Shown: positions 13,795-26,742, counted from the first letter of the stretch. The stretch: 64,000 nt of DNA from Octopus bimaculoides (GCF_001194135.2 NC_069002.1:24672906-24736905); one strand, 5' to 3'. Notes: generated by a model from the sequence alone, not told the origin. Program-made: numbers and translations.

Positions 13795-14340
13795 CTGTCT
13801 GTCTATCTATCTATCTATCTATCTCTTTCACTTTCTCTTTCTCTCCCCCCCCTCTCTGTGAATATGAGTGTATGTGTGTATTTGTGTGTGTGTAGATATC
13901 CATCACACACATATATTTCTGTATACACATATACACGCATATATGCATAGATACATAAGTATGTACACAATTTGCGTGTGTGTGTGTGTTGTGTGCGCGT
14001 GCGTCTGTCTGTGCGTTCATAGCCTTAACAGATTACTTCACATAATATTCACTGGGGATTTTGGTTTTTAGAATGACGACAGGATTCTTCACCGACGCCA
14101 AATTTATTTTTATTTAGATACGAAAGAGTGGATAAGCGAAAGAAAAGGGTACATTTAGTAGGACTTACAAGCCTGCAGCAGTTGGGCTCCCTTTAGGGAC
14201 CTGCAAAACAGAACCGAACACAGAGATAGATAGATAGATAGATAGATACATACATACATACATACATACATACATAATTGTGTGCGGATCCTCCTACACA
14301 CACATATAGGTATTCATATATTCGTATATATACCCTTTAC

Positions 14341-14472
14341 TCTTTCTCTCTTTTACTTGTTTCAGTCATGTGACTCGCCTTTAGTCGAGAAAATCGACCC
14401 CAGAACTTATTCTTTGTAATTCTAGTACTTATTTTATCGGTCTCTTTTGCCGAACCGCTAGGTTACGGGGAC
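14341..14472 (-). mobile_element. SINE family A, 3' part running into a gap
   Basis: ttttacttgtttcagtcat...tagtcgagaaaatcgacccc...tcggtctcttttgccgaaccgctaggttacggggac is the reverse complement of the family A tail. Confidence 0.85.
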
Positions 14473-15369
14473 NNNNNNNNNNNNNNNNNNNNNNNNNNNN
14501 NNNNNNNNNNNNNNNNNNNNNNNNNNNNNNNNNNNNNNNNNNNNNNNNNNNNNNNNNNNNNNNNNNNNNNNNNNNNNNNNNNNNNNNNNNNNNNNNNNNN
14601 NNNNNNNNNNNNNNNNNNNNNNNNNNNNNNNNNNNNNNNNNNNNNNNNNNNNNNNNNNNNNNNNNNNNNNNNNNNNNNNNNNNNNNNNNNNNNNNNNNNN
14701 NNNNNNNNNNNNNNNNNNNNNNNNNNNNNNNNNNNNNNNNNNNNNNNNNNNNNNNNNNNNNNNNNNNNNNNNNNNNNNNNNNNNNNNNNNNNNNNNNNNN
14801 NNNNNNNNNNNNNNNNNNNNNNNNNNNNNNNNNNNNNNNNNNNNNNNNNNNNNNNNNNNNNNNNNNNNNNNNNNNNNNNNNNNNNNNNNNNNNNNNNNNN
14901 NNNNNNNNNNNNNNNNNNNNNNNNNNNNNNNNNNNNNNNNNNNNNNNNNNNNNNNNNNNNNNNNNNNNNNNNNNNNNNNNNNNNNNNNNNNNNNNNNNNN
15001 NNNNNNNNNNNNNNNNNNNNNNNNNNNNNNNNNNNNNNNNNNNNNNNNNNNNNNNNNNNNNNNNNNNNNNNNNNNNNNNNNNNNNNNNNNNNNNNNNNNN
15101 NNNNNNNNNNNNNNNNNNNNNNNNNNNNNNNNNNNNNNNNNNNNNNNNNNNNNNNNNNNNNNNNNNNNNNNNNNNNNNNNNNNNNNNNNNNNNNNNNNNN
15201 NNNNNNNNNNNNNNNNNNNNNNNNNNNNNNNNNNNNNNNNNNNNNNNNNNNNNNNNNNNNNNNNNNNNNNNNNNNNNNNNNNNNNNNNNNNNNNNNNNNN
15301 NNNNNNNNNNNNNNNNNNNNNNNNNNNNNATATATATCTTTTAATGTTGTTTTTGTTGTTCAGCATCAT

Positions 15370-15860
15370 ATGTTTTCGTCATTCTGGAGAATTCTCTTGG
15401 GAATTTTATGACCAGCTTCGTTTGTAAACTTTGAAGACTTTTTTGTATTTATCTTTGTGCTGTTCTTGCTGAAAATTGGTTTACTTAAAACAACATTTTT
15501 CAGATCGATTTTTAAGCACTATCTTCTAAACTTGAGTGTACCATTAGAAAAAACAGAGAGGAGCGTCTTCATCCATCGCCTCATTTGGCCACCCATTCTC
15601 ACCCCACTTTTCATCAACGCTCCCTGGATATTTCCCCGGCTTACTTACGGATCCGCTGCACTAAATGAGCTGATATATGTTCCATGCTTTGTCAGTGTTT
15701 ATACTTACGAGTCGGGGGATCGGTTGATGGATGTCATAACATAATTACTAGTGTTTCCCACAAGCTGCTGAATAAAGAATACCCTAGTGACGTAGGAAAG
15801 CCTTTGGACACGAAACAGACAAACGGAAGAAAAACAAGGATATTGCAATGCAGAAGACAT
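15370..15860 (-). mobile_element. Probable decayed PLE 5' region (pLTR plus N-terminal ORF)
   Basis: Minus frame with scattered stops (KIVLKNRSEKCCFK*TNF...KVFKVYKRSWS*NS...RKHMMLNNKNNIKR) and two GTAAGT donor-like motifs upstream. No diagnostic catalytic motif. Confidence 0.3.
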
Positions 15861-15930
15861 TAGAAATAGAAGGAGATTCAACAACGGTGGTTTGTCTATT
15901 TAGACTGGGGTGTCTAAAAAGGTGGAATAG

Positions 15931-16320
15931 AGGCGCAGGCGCGGCTAACCACATGGTTTTGAGTTTAGTCCACTCCGTGGCACTTGGGGCAAGTGTCTAC
16001 TACCCTAACATTAGGTCGTCAAAAGCCACGTATGTGAATGGATTTAGCAAAGGGAAACTGAAAGAAGCCAGTCGTATTTATATATATTTATTCATTTGTG
16101 TGTGTCTTTTTGTCTGTGGTTGTACCCCACTAACACTTGACAATCGATGTTGGTTTGTTTAAGTTTCCATTACTTAGCGGTTCTACTAAAGAGACCGATA
16201 GCATAAATACTAGGCTTTAAAAAAGTCCTGGGGTCGATTTGTTCGACTAAGACCTTCAAAGTGGTGCCCCAACATGGCCGCAGTCAAATGACTGAAACAA
16301 CTAGAAGTTAAAAGAAAAGA
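15931..16320 (+). mobile_element. SINE family A, near full length
   Basis: aggcgcaggcgcggctaaccacatggttttgagtttagtccact...gaaactgaaagaagcc...gtggtgccccaacatggccgcagtcaaatgactgaaac, followed by an A-rich tail. Confidence 0.88.
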
Positions 16321-16657
16321 TAAAGGATATAGAGCTACAATCACACCATTTGATAGCTCTGGAAGAGGGAGAAACGGAACACATAGTAAAAACACTTTTT
16401 ATTGAGCCGATCTAGAAAGCATCAATACAGATTTAGGTTGAACAACTAAGAGAACTCCACAACTTTGGCCAAGTTCGTTGAGAAACTTAAGGATCGCAAA
16501 TTTAAATATACACTAATGTTCTGCAACGTCCTGGTGAAAGAAACTCTCTTTCATACAATAAAGAGTGATGAAGCTCTAAGAGTCATCTTATCATTGTCAA
16601 AGATATACAGTGATGTAAATTTAGTTGGTAATCGAAATTGTTATCCCTCCTATAGTG

Positions 16658-16938
16658 AAGGCACATAACTCAGTTGTTAGAGCATCGGGCTCACAATCAT
16701 GAGGTAGAGAGCTCGGTTCACTCAGCTGTAGAAATGAGTTGCGACGTCACAGGTGCCAAGCTATATCCGCCTTTACCTTTCCCTTGGAAGACATCGGTGA
16801 TGTGGAGTGGGGAGGCTGGTATGCATGGACGACTGTTGGTCTTCCACAAACAACCTTGCCCGGACTTGCGCATAGGAGGGTAACTTTCTAGGTGCAATCC
16901 CATGGTCATTCATGACCAAAGCGGGCCTTTACCTTTTT
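16658..16938 (+). mobile_element. tRNA-derived SINE family C (internally deleted copy)
   Basis: tRNA-like head ggcacataactcagttgttagagcatcgggctcacaatcatgagg. The tail cctaggtgcaatcccatggtcattcatgacc-like matches the reverse complement of 38723-39052. Confidence 0.8.
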
Positions 16939-17573
16939 AAGTGTCACTGGAGACATTTCTTTCTGGACAACTACCGTCTGTCCGATTCGCCATACACATA
17001 AACGCTTTCCGCAGAATCAATTTCGACCAGAATTGCTCGAAAGAGGGCCATGTGGTCACATTTCTGTGAACTAAGAAAATTTATCATAAACTAGCTCCTA
17101 AGGAATATAAATAATACGTATTGCATCAAGTACTTAAATTTTCGTTACTAAACAATCATCTATATATATAAATAGCTGTGTATATTTGTATGTGTGTTTT
17201 CCACGTATTCATAGATATATATATATATATATATGTATATGTGTATATATGTATATACNNNNNNNNNNNNNNNNNNNNNNNNNNNNNNNNNNNNNNNNNN
17301 NNNNNNNNNNNNNNNNNNNNNNNNNNNNNNNNNNNNNNNNNNNNNNNNNNNNNNNNNNNNNNNNNNNNNNNNNNNNNNNNNNNNNNNNNNNNNNNNNNNN
17401 NNNNNNNNNNNNNNNNNNNNNNNNNNNNNNNNNNNNNNNNNNNNNNNNNNNNNNNNNNNNNNNNNNNNNNNNNNNNNNNNNNNNNNNNNNNNNNNNNNNN
17501 NNNNNNNNNNNNNNNNNNNNNNNNNNNNNNNNNNNNNNNNNNNNNNNNNNNNNNNNNNNNNNNNNNNNNNNNN

Positions 17574-17630
<57 letters not shown>

Positions 17631-18602
17631 ATGTATATAATCAAAATAAACAGCACTTTGCAATGTTTTGCCAAAAAGCAAGCTATAATTGTCACTGAAT
17701 GCAACCAGGGTGTTATAAAGACTTACATTGCTTGAAATAAGAGCTAAAATGCTCTAAGGCTGTAGTCATAGCACATAACTATGTACATATATACAGACGG
17801 GAGACTGTAATCGTCCGAAAACGCCGTTCGAGAACTTCTTATACTGAATTCAGTTTCGGTACTTTTCGTTACCTCATTAATAAGAACTCGCTCTACTTCG
17901 GCAGATTCCAGAAATAAGAAAAAATGCTCTCACACACACACACACACACACANNNNNNNNNNNNNNNNNNNNNNNNNNNNNNNNNNNNNNNNNNNNNNNN
18001 NNNNNNNNNNNNNNNNNNNNNNNNNNNNNNNNNNNNNNNNNNNNNNNNNNNNNNNNNNNNNNNNNNNNNNNNNNNNNNNNNNNNNNNNNNNNNNNNNNNN
18101 NNNNNNNNNNNNNNNNNNNNNNNNNNNNNNNNNNNNNNNNNNNNNNNNNNNNNNNNNNNNNNNNNNNNNNNNNNNNNNNNNNNNNNNNNNNNNNNNNNNN
18201 NNNNNNNNNNNNNNNNNNNNNNNNNNNNNNNNNNNNNNNNNNNNNNNNNNNNNNNNNNNNNNNNNNNNNNNNNNNNNNNNNNNNNNNNNNNNNNNNNNNN
18301 NNNNNNNNNNNNNNNNNNNNNNNNNNNNNNNNNNNNNNNNNNNNNNNNNNNNNNNNNNNNNNNNNNNNNNNNNNNNNNNNNNNNNNNNNNNNNNNNNNNN
18401 NNNNNNNNNNNNNNNNNNNNNNNNNNNNNNNNNNNNNNNNNNNNNNNNNNNNNNNNNNNNNNNNNNNNNNNNNNNNNNNNNNNNNNNNNNNNNNNNNNNN
18501 NNNNNNNNNNNNNNNNNNNNNNNNNNNNNNNNNNNNNNNNNNNNNNNNNNNNNNNNNNNNNNNNNNNNNNNNNNNNNNNNNNNNNNNNNNNNNNNNNNNN
18601 NN

Positions 18603-18646
<44 letters not shown>

Positions 18647-19879
18647 CATTGGATATCGTTAAGATGAGACATGCTTTTTATAGCTCTGGCCAGTCAGTAG
18701 CCGACGAAAAAGAAATCATCCCAAACTAGTTGGTCGACTGAAATTTTCTTTGCTTTTTAGCCTCAAAAACTTCGAGATTTACGATTTAGTAATCATCGGA
18801 AGATTAAGTTGCGTCAGTGGAAATCTGTAACTTATATAAGTTTCTATGCCGTGTGGAGACACAAATCGAAACTAACTGTGCCTGCAAGAAACTTGTGGGT
18901 ACACCGTTAATTTCTTCAGATTTCTATTAAATACACAGTTAATTTTTTTCTGATTTGTATTAAATATACTGAACCACTCACAGACACACAAATATAGCCA
19001 AACACTTTTACTTCCAAATATATCAACTCTCTTACACATATTCACGATTATACATTAAATTATGTAACTCACCAATAACTAACGTAAATCACTGCCGGAT
19101 TTACCATTGTACTTATGTGTGCTTAAGTACAAATCCCCATTGACGGGGTGGAGTGGGGGTATCTTCCTGCCCCTACCCCCTATTTTCGACGATCAATTTT
19201 TCAAATATCAAGCGTTGAAATGTTTTTCCTAAAAGTTATAAAAATGAAATTAATAATGTGAACGCTTTTCCCCGTTATTCTTTAACATAACACCGTATAG
19301 ATTATTCTCTATACAAAAATTGGTTTTGATCAGTAATATAACACAATATGAACGCACTCATTACATTATTCAATAAAAAAATATTTTAATAAAATAATTC
19401 CCATAATGAAAATGAAAGGTTTTCAATGTGTATACCAATACAAAAACATATCATGAATAATTTGCATACAAACACGTAATGTGCACTGGTCTACGTAAAA
19501 AATTACAGAGATAAAACGAGTTATAATGTGAGCACAGTATTATTATAAAATAACACTAATAAATAATTGTTATGTAAAATATTCCTACAACATGAACGTA
19601 CCTAAATTTGGCTTTTTGCTGTGAAATATATGCGATATGTTTGTTATGTTGTATAGGAGTGTTTGTGTGTTGTCATTATTTTTTCGTTTAGTATTTTCTG
19701 TAAGTTCGGTGTAGTTTGTTGTAAGTTTTTGTCTTTCTGTTTTAATTTTTAATATTATATTGCTAATTTCTTTTGTTAATCTATTACATATTGATTTTAA
19801 ATTTGTATTATTAAGTTCGTAGAATCGAATCCAAGCAACTGATATTCTGCTCCAGCTTTGTAATCGTAACAATGAGTAG

Positions 19880-20825
19880 ATGTTATGAAAGTGGTGCAAG
19901 TAAAAGAAAACATGAAAAGCTATAGTTCAACAGCAGCAGGTACAGAACATTCCGATGCACTATTTGGAACCCAGGAATATTTGTTAGTAACACATAGTAC
20001 CAGTGGCACCCAGGAATATTTGTTAGTAACACATAGTACCAGTNNNNNNNNNNGGAATATTTGTTAGTAACACATAGTACCAGTGGCACCCAGGAATATT
20101 TGTTAGTAACACATAGTACCAGTGGCACTCAGGAATATTTGTTAGTAACACATAGTACCAGTGGCACCTAGGAATACTTTTTAGTATTGCCAGAGCTACG
20201 ACTGCCATCAGTGCAACTTATGTTTACATTATAGAAGTACTCACTCACATTCATGATGATAGCACTACAAAGGGTGAGGCTAGACGACAAGATCAAAATC
20301 TTTTGCAGAAAAATGGAAGAATTTGAATTTGTGTTCATGCTTTATCTATGAACAGGTTTGCTTGAGAAGTTTCACGAAGTAAGTAATGCCTTTCAAGGTG
20401 CAGAGATTTCATTGATCACGTGTGCAAATCTGTACTGTTCAATTCTGCAATTTGCAATCCAGCACACAGGAAAACTTTGATGAGATTGAAGAGCAAGCAA
20501 AAAAAATACTCCTACCTGAAGTAGAGTACAAAATTCTCCAATGCAGGCGTTGAGTACGAAAACGACAACACGATGACGGCGGTACAACTAAAGATTTGGA
20601 TGAAATTCCTCCAAGAGATAATTTTAGGATATATTCATTTATCGCTATAATCGATGCTCTGCACTCAAATTTAGACAGCAGAACTATTGTGTATAGGAGT
20701 GTTGCTAACAATTTCTCGTTTTTAATTGAACTCCAAGCACCGAGGGGACAGATTCTCCATGGTGTCGAGAAACTAGTACAAGGATACCCAAAGTATGTTG
20801 ATCTCAGACTTGTTGATAAATTGTC
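19880..20825 (+). mobile_element. hAT transposase remnant (Tip100/ZMYM1-like) interrupted by a minisatellite
   Basis: N-terminal YESGASKRKHEK (~19885), then KMEEFEFVFML, KFHEVSNAFQG, ENFDEIEEQAKK...RKRQHDD...PRDNFRIYSFIAIIDALHSNLDSR...FSFL...LVQGYPKYVDL across frameshifts. Confidence 0.75.
19966..20185 (+). repeat. 39-bp minisatellite, at least 5 copies (collapsed across a 10-N gap)
   Basis: Unit ggcacccaggaatatttgttagtaacacatagtaccagt at 19966, 20005, (20054 partial), 20085, 20124 and (20163 partial). Units are directly adjacent, with no spacers. Confidence 0.95.
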
Positions 20826-20955
20826 CACAGGTGCCCCCCACCCCCGATTGTGATTGTCTCTTCCTGCATGTAGTTGATACGCAGCACCTTTGTCTTTTCC
20901 TGGCTGATCCTCAAGCCCACTCGCCGTGAAGTTTCTCTGAGGTGGTCTATTTTAT
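20826..20955 (-). mobile_element. RTE-type LINE reverse transcriptase fragment
   Basis: Minus frame DKIDHLRETSRRVGLRISQEKTKVLRINYMQEETITIGG matches the GL.I...KTKV.RIN segment downstream of the YADD motif. Confidence 0.7.
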
Positions 20956-21699
20956 CTTACATTAAATAGTATACTGTAAATGCGTAAAGAAGCTTTAACA
21001 AGGTAATACAAAGACAGCAATTTGATTATTTGACTGTTTTGACAGTAAACTTACATCAATCATCATTGTATAATTTATAATCGATATTTTCCAATAAAGT
21101 TTCAGAATAAAACTGTTGTCAATCTTCAAAGATTAAAACGTTACATGATATTGACTGTAACGACTGTCTCTTGTCTCTTCTCTTTTTATCAAGTTTGATT
21201 GTTTCATCATGTGACCTGTGCAAGTCAGTGTTAGGCGTGTTGGGGTTTTGGTTAATATATAATAGCTTCAAGTTTGTTGCATTGTACATGTCTGAATTAT
21301 AGCCCAGACAGTCTACACCTGTACTTATCCATAAAAGTCATGAAAAGCATTCCCTGAGCCCTGATAATCCAAAACTTTGACTAAGACTTGTTTTAAAAAA
21401 CAATCATTGATCTGGTAACACGTAATATTTTAACTACTCCTAAATTTCCTGAGCATGCATGCCTGACTGTCCAAATAATTGGCCTCGTAACTTAACTAGC
21501 AAAAGGATTCATTTGTCTTAAATCTGGCACTGTCTATAATATTTCTCTATCTACTGAACATGGCCCATAACGTTTTGAAACGTCACTGAGTAGAAAATAA
21601 AATTAATAATCTAATATACGATTGGTACACTTATCATAACAGTGGTGAAACAGCCAGCATTTACAGTTAAAATCACCGAACAATTAGATTCACGATCTT

Positions 21700-24600
21700 T
21701 TTAGAGAACGTAAACAAATTGAGAATAAAATCTTGAAACCATGAGAACATTCTATATCATGCACACGAACATGAAAATACTAGAAGCAGTTCTGGAAGCA
21801 ATAAGTCAAGGATCAACTGAACAACACGTTAGCAAGTGGCAAGAAACATTTACTTTGTTTTCAACATTTTACCATATTTCCAACAGCCCAACTTTAGTAA
21901 GTCTAAATTCACTACAACCATTACGACAGATCAGAATTCGTTTCAACAGCAACATTCTACTACCACTACTACTACTACAACATTAGAAACATTGACCAAC
22001 AATTCTCCCTCCGCCTCAAATGACAATATAGTAAAACCTATTCCATTTAAGTTAAAAAAAACTGCCGTTATCATTCTCAAGGTAGGTCTGGCCCAGCGAC
22101 TGCAACAAGGGGTACTACCCTTTCTTCCATCTTCCCTTGTGCCGTAGACTTATTAAGTGCACTTGTCGATATAGTATAACATGAAAAGACCTCCCCTACC
22201 TTCAACCCAAATACAAAATCTATGGCCCTGACCCTAAATATGAATGGACAAAAGGCAAAAGGTCTGCCTTCTTCCATCCTAAACTGTGTCAGAATTATCT
22301 ATCTCGAGGAATATAACTGAATTTGGAATGCAGCTACTACCGTCTCAAAAGGGACAATACGAATGAAATATAAACTGCAACAAAGAGGTAGGGCGGAAAC
22401 ATTATACAACGACTCGCTGCCACTTAACACCGACCAGTGAAGAATCCCATCCATCAGAAGGAGCTATAGGAAAGCCATAACAACAAATAAAATAATCAAG
22501 CACAATATATCACCCGATCAAATGAGTAACCAAAGAGGATGTCCTTTTTTACCGATTTATCTGGAAAATGTGAAGGCTCATATAAGCCTAGAGTTTCAAC
22601 GAGTAGTCAGCAGCTTTATACCCAAAACTGTAGAAATACCACTCACCATCAACTAGAACATCGCTCCTCACGCACAGCTCAGTACAGAAACTATCTTCAG
22701 TGTTACTGAACAACAAAACACATAAACCAAGTCAATGAGAACACTACAAACAACAACCAGTCTTCGTTTCGACGTTCCAGCTAAATGTTCGTGGCACAAA
22801 CCAACACTCAATGCCCTGGAATGGAAGATTTCACACATAGGGAATTGGCTTCCTGGAACGACATATTACATCCCTTCATCCTCTCAGCAGCTCATCTAAA
22901 CAACATTTACATGGATGCCAAGGTGGAAATTAATAATTTCACCATCGTCTGTGCAGATCGTACAGGCCGAAGTAAAGGAGGAACAGCCATTTTTCTCCAC
23001 GATTCTTTTGCTATGAATACCAAGGACGAATTTTTCAATGGCTACTGTGAATCCATATCGTTAATCAACAAGGTTAATGACTTAACCATTGTTTTTTTTA
23101 TTTCTTTATTGTTCATAAAGAGCTAAACATAGAGTGGACGAACAAATGGATTAAGTCGATTGCATCGACCCCAGTGCGTAACTAGTACTTATTTAATCGA
23201 TCCTGAAAGGATGAAAGGTAAAGTCGACCACGGCGGAAATTGAACTCAGAACGTAGCGGCAGACGAAATGCCGCTAAGCATTTCGCCCCGCGTGCTAACG
23301 ATGACATAACAAGTGTTGGTCTCCTCAGGCCTCTCCAAGTTGCTTTGAAGAGTACCTTCACAATCAAGCGCTTTTTTCAAAATTTCAACTCCGACAACAT
23401 ATTGATGATGGGCGATTTTAGCCTCTCTTTTGTGAACTGTCTTACAAATACTCTGAAGTTAAGTAACTGCACTACATCGGACAAAGCAGCAGCAGAATTT
23501 CTTTTCAATTGAATTTTTCCTAACCGTACAAAACAAGATAAAACAATCCTGGATCTGATATTAGGAAACCGTCCATGGCATTTCAGTTGAAAACACTCCT
23601 CCCGGATCACAACATGGTGCTCTACAACCTTAACTTCCGGTTTATCAAAACCAAATCAGTCACTCACGTTCCACTGCACTTGCTCGATAACATCAATTTT
23701 CACAAAGCAGACTGGGGAGCAATTAGAAAAAAAAATTGTGACTTATCGATTGGCCCTTCACTCGCAGTTTCTCTGATATTGAAACAACATAGCAGCGCTT
23801 TGTTACTTATACATACTCAAAACACGTGCCTTGGAAACTCACAAGCACGAACAGAAATAGGTTACCAAGAAAGAAACTACACTCATCAGGAGAATCAAAA
23901 GACTTTTAAAAAAATAACCAAATAAAAAACTACCTATCAACAGTACCCACATTCAATAGCAATAAGAAGGCTTGGGTTGAAAACACATCGTTTGCAGATC
24001 ACCATGAAACCCTATATTGACAATCAAAGAACTACAGAGGGAAACTGGGTAATCAAAATATCAAACAGAACCCGAATGTGTTCTATTCATATGCCATCAA
24101 CATAGGACCACTGTCTCATCCGTTGCTCCCCTGATTGATGACAACAGCATTCCCCAACATGATGCTAAAGAAATGGCCGAAGTACTGCAGAAACAATATT
24201 GTTCTATTTTTAGTGATCCTACTGATATCGATGCAAGTGATATGAACGAACTGAGTCCTCAACTTTTACAGACTCAGACATCATAACAGTAATAAATGAG
24301 ATCAAATACTATTCTGCTTAAGAGTGATCGTTGATAACAAATCTCAGGTGGAGTGTTCACGTCAACAATAAAGTTGATATGGCTTGCAAGATCAACTTCT
24401 AGTCCAGAGAGCAAGACGTCATAATTCCCGTCTTCTTTTCCTTTGTACGGTCACACCTAGAATACTGCTGCACCTTGTGGTCGCCCCGCATTAAACAAAA
24501 TACTATGAGAATTGAGTCATCTCAGAAAGTAGTCAATAAAAACAATAATGGCACGATCTTGGTTATTGGGACCACCTTAAAACATTCTCTCCAGCGCCGC

Positions 24601-24885
24601 CGTGAGGGCTACGCCATATGCACAATGTGGAGAATATATCACTAGCACTGACCAAACTACCTTAACATTACATTAAGAATTCATCCACGGCTGGGACCAC
24701 GTATCATACGCACCCTACACATTTCAGGTTCACAACACAAGAATTCACTGCAAAACAATTTATTTTTCCTCAACAGGCCCTGCTCTATCTAACATTAACC
24801 CAAAACAAATCAAAAAAGAAAAATATCTCATTACCTTCAAACGAAACCTGGACACATTTCTTCAAGGAATACCAGGAATTTTCCA
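21700..24885 (+). mobile_element. CR1/L2-group LINE (ORF1 with Cys/His motif, APE endonuclease, internally deleted RT)
   Basis: ORF1 remnant CRYHSQGR...CNKGYYPFFHLPLCR (~22050-22150). APE motifs ADRTGRSKGGTAIF, LMMGDF, KTILDLIL, PDHNMV and NFHKADW. Linker IKQNPNVFYSYA and KEMAEVLQKQYCSIF. RT C-terminus FVRSHLEYCCTLWSP...SLQRRRE, ending FKRNLDTFLQGIP. Confidence 0.88.
23094..23300 (-). mobile_element. tRNA-derived SINE family B inserted in the LINE endonuclease
   Basis: gtcgattgcatcgaccccagt...gaaaggatgaaaggtaaagtcgacc...gaactcagaacg...ctaagcatttcgccc matches 29259-29478. Flanked by a diverged 17-bp TSD (23077-23093 / 23301-23317, 14/17 identical). Confidence 0.88.
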
Positions 24886-26164
24886 AAGCTGAACTGAATG
24901 ACCTTGTCAGAGATGTATCTCTCTCAAAAGATAAAGCAGAACTGTTGGCATCATGATTGAGGAAGTATCTGCTAGAACACGGTGTTCGTATAACTTATTT
25001 TCGGCAGAGAAATGTGGTTCTACAAACGTGTTTGTCTGTTGAAAGCCCGCTTTGCTTTTACAGTAACATCGATGGACTTTCTGAATGCTTATTACAAAAT
25101 CATGATCTTGCATAGTGGTGTTTGTTTATTGAGTCTTCGAAACGACGTTTAAAAGCTGTACTTCTCCATAATGTTAATTCGAAGCCTTCCATTCCCATTG
25201 CACACTCCGTTCATTTTCATGAATCATATGAGAATATGGAACTTTTACTTCATGCCATTGCCTATGAAAGATACCCATGGAAAATATGTGGAAATTTAAA
25301 AGTCCTTGGAATGCTAATGGGAATGCTGTCGGGTTTCACAAAATACTGTTGTTTCTTGTGTCTATTGGATAGTCAGGCAACTGACAGACATTTTCGGAAT
25401 CAAACTGGCAGACGAGAACATCATACCAGCCAGGACTGTCTAGCGTCAAGAATACACCTCTTGGAGATCCATGTAATGTCCTATTGCCCCCTTTGCACAT
25501 AAAGTTTGGATTGATGAAACAGTTTGTAAAGACACTAGGGGAGAGAAATGCCAGAGGGTTTGACTATATTGTAAAAAGGTTTCCCANNNNNNNNNNNNNN
25601 NNNNNNNNNNNNNNNNNNNNNNNNNNNNNNNNNNNNNNNNNNNNNNNNNNNNNNNNNNNNNNNNNNNNNNNNNNNNNNNNNNNNNNNNNNNNNNNNNNNN
25701 NNNNNNNNNNNNNNNNNNNNNNNNNNNNNNNNNNNNNNNNNNNNNNNCATGGTAAAAGATTTCTCCAGGACATTAGTGCTATGCAGAAACGGTACCAAGG
25801 CTTCTGGAATGACAGTATGCTGGCTGATAACTGCTGGACACTTTACCCTGATTAACCAGGTCAGGAAATCCAAATCACAATGTTTCTAACTCTGTTGTTC
25901 TAACTTTGTTTTGTCTGACCCATTTTTTGTTTTCACTCTTTGTAGAATGGTAGTGATGATTTTTTAAACTCAATAAACTCATTTACTTTCTAAAAATAAT
26001 ATGCCTTAATGATTTCATATATACAATTATGCAAAAAACTGAAAAAAACTGATACATGCTGCATACAAATGGAGTGAAATTTTGAAATCAGCATGAAAAA
26101 TTAGTCTAAAAAAGTTGGTTTGCATTCATAATGAGTATAATACATTTAATTTTGTTGACCAGTG
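24886..26164 (+). mobile_element. Chapaev3-like (CMC) DNA transposon, 3' two-thirds with right TIR
   Basis: ELNDLVRDVSLSKDKAELLAS, FIESSKRRLKAVLLHN..KPSIPIAHSVH.HESYENM...WKICGNLKV...GFTKYCCFLC, LPPLHIKFGLMKQFVK and HGKRFLQDISAMQKRYQGFWNDSMLADNCW. The right end ...ttttgttgaccagtg (reverse complement CACTGGTCAAC) is followed by TAA. Family assignment is from recalled motifs, not a search. Confidence 0.75.
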
Positions 26165-26742
26165 TAACTTTCCTTTCTGTTGACGCATTGCTATAAAGCT
26201 GCCTAATTAAATGATATGTGTGTATGTATGTGTGTGTATGTACATATACATATACATACACAATCAAATATTATATGTGTGTGAGTATGTACATATATAT
26301 ATATACATATATATATATTACTTCTCTGATAATAAAGAGTCTCGTAAACACCACAGTAAAATGTGCACATGATATGCATAGCAATACCCAAGTTTTAAGA
26401 ATAAAGCTACCCAAGTCCTATTGTATTTCTTAACTGGTTCTCAAACGACTCATTTCATTTCCACAATAACCACTTGTCAATTCCATCAATTCTGTTAGGG
26501 ATTCTTATCTGGCGCTTATCCATTAAAGGCTCAGTATTTTGTTGGAAGCTTTTTCTTCTTGGACAAAGATAACGACATGAAGTAGAAACCATTTCCTCGT
26601 TTTGGTCTTAAATGACAGTTGTATAAGTGACACGAAAATATGTTCAGTGGAATATTGATCAATTCTTAGCTACTGCTTCTGTTATCCAAGTTCTACGCAC
26701 CATTCTCTTTTTTATTTATTTATTTGTGCTAGCATTGGAAAC

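Noticed and set aside
19484-19494. CACTGGTCTAC as the missing left TIR of the Chapaev3-like element
   Set aside because: Only 10/11 bases match, there is no TWA flank, and no clear transposase N-terminus follows.
19966-20185. Tandem 39-mers as a CRISPR array
   Set aside because: Units are contiguous with no unique spacers, there are no cas genes, and the context is eukaryotic.
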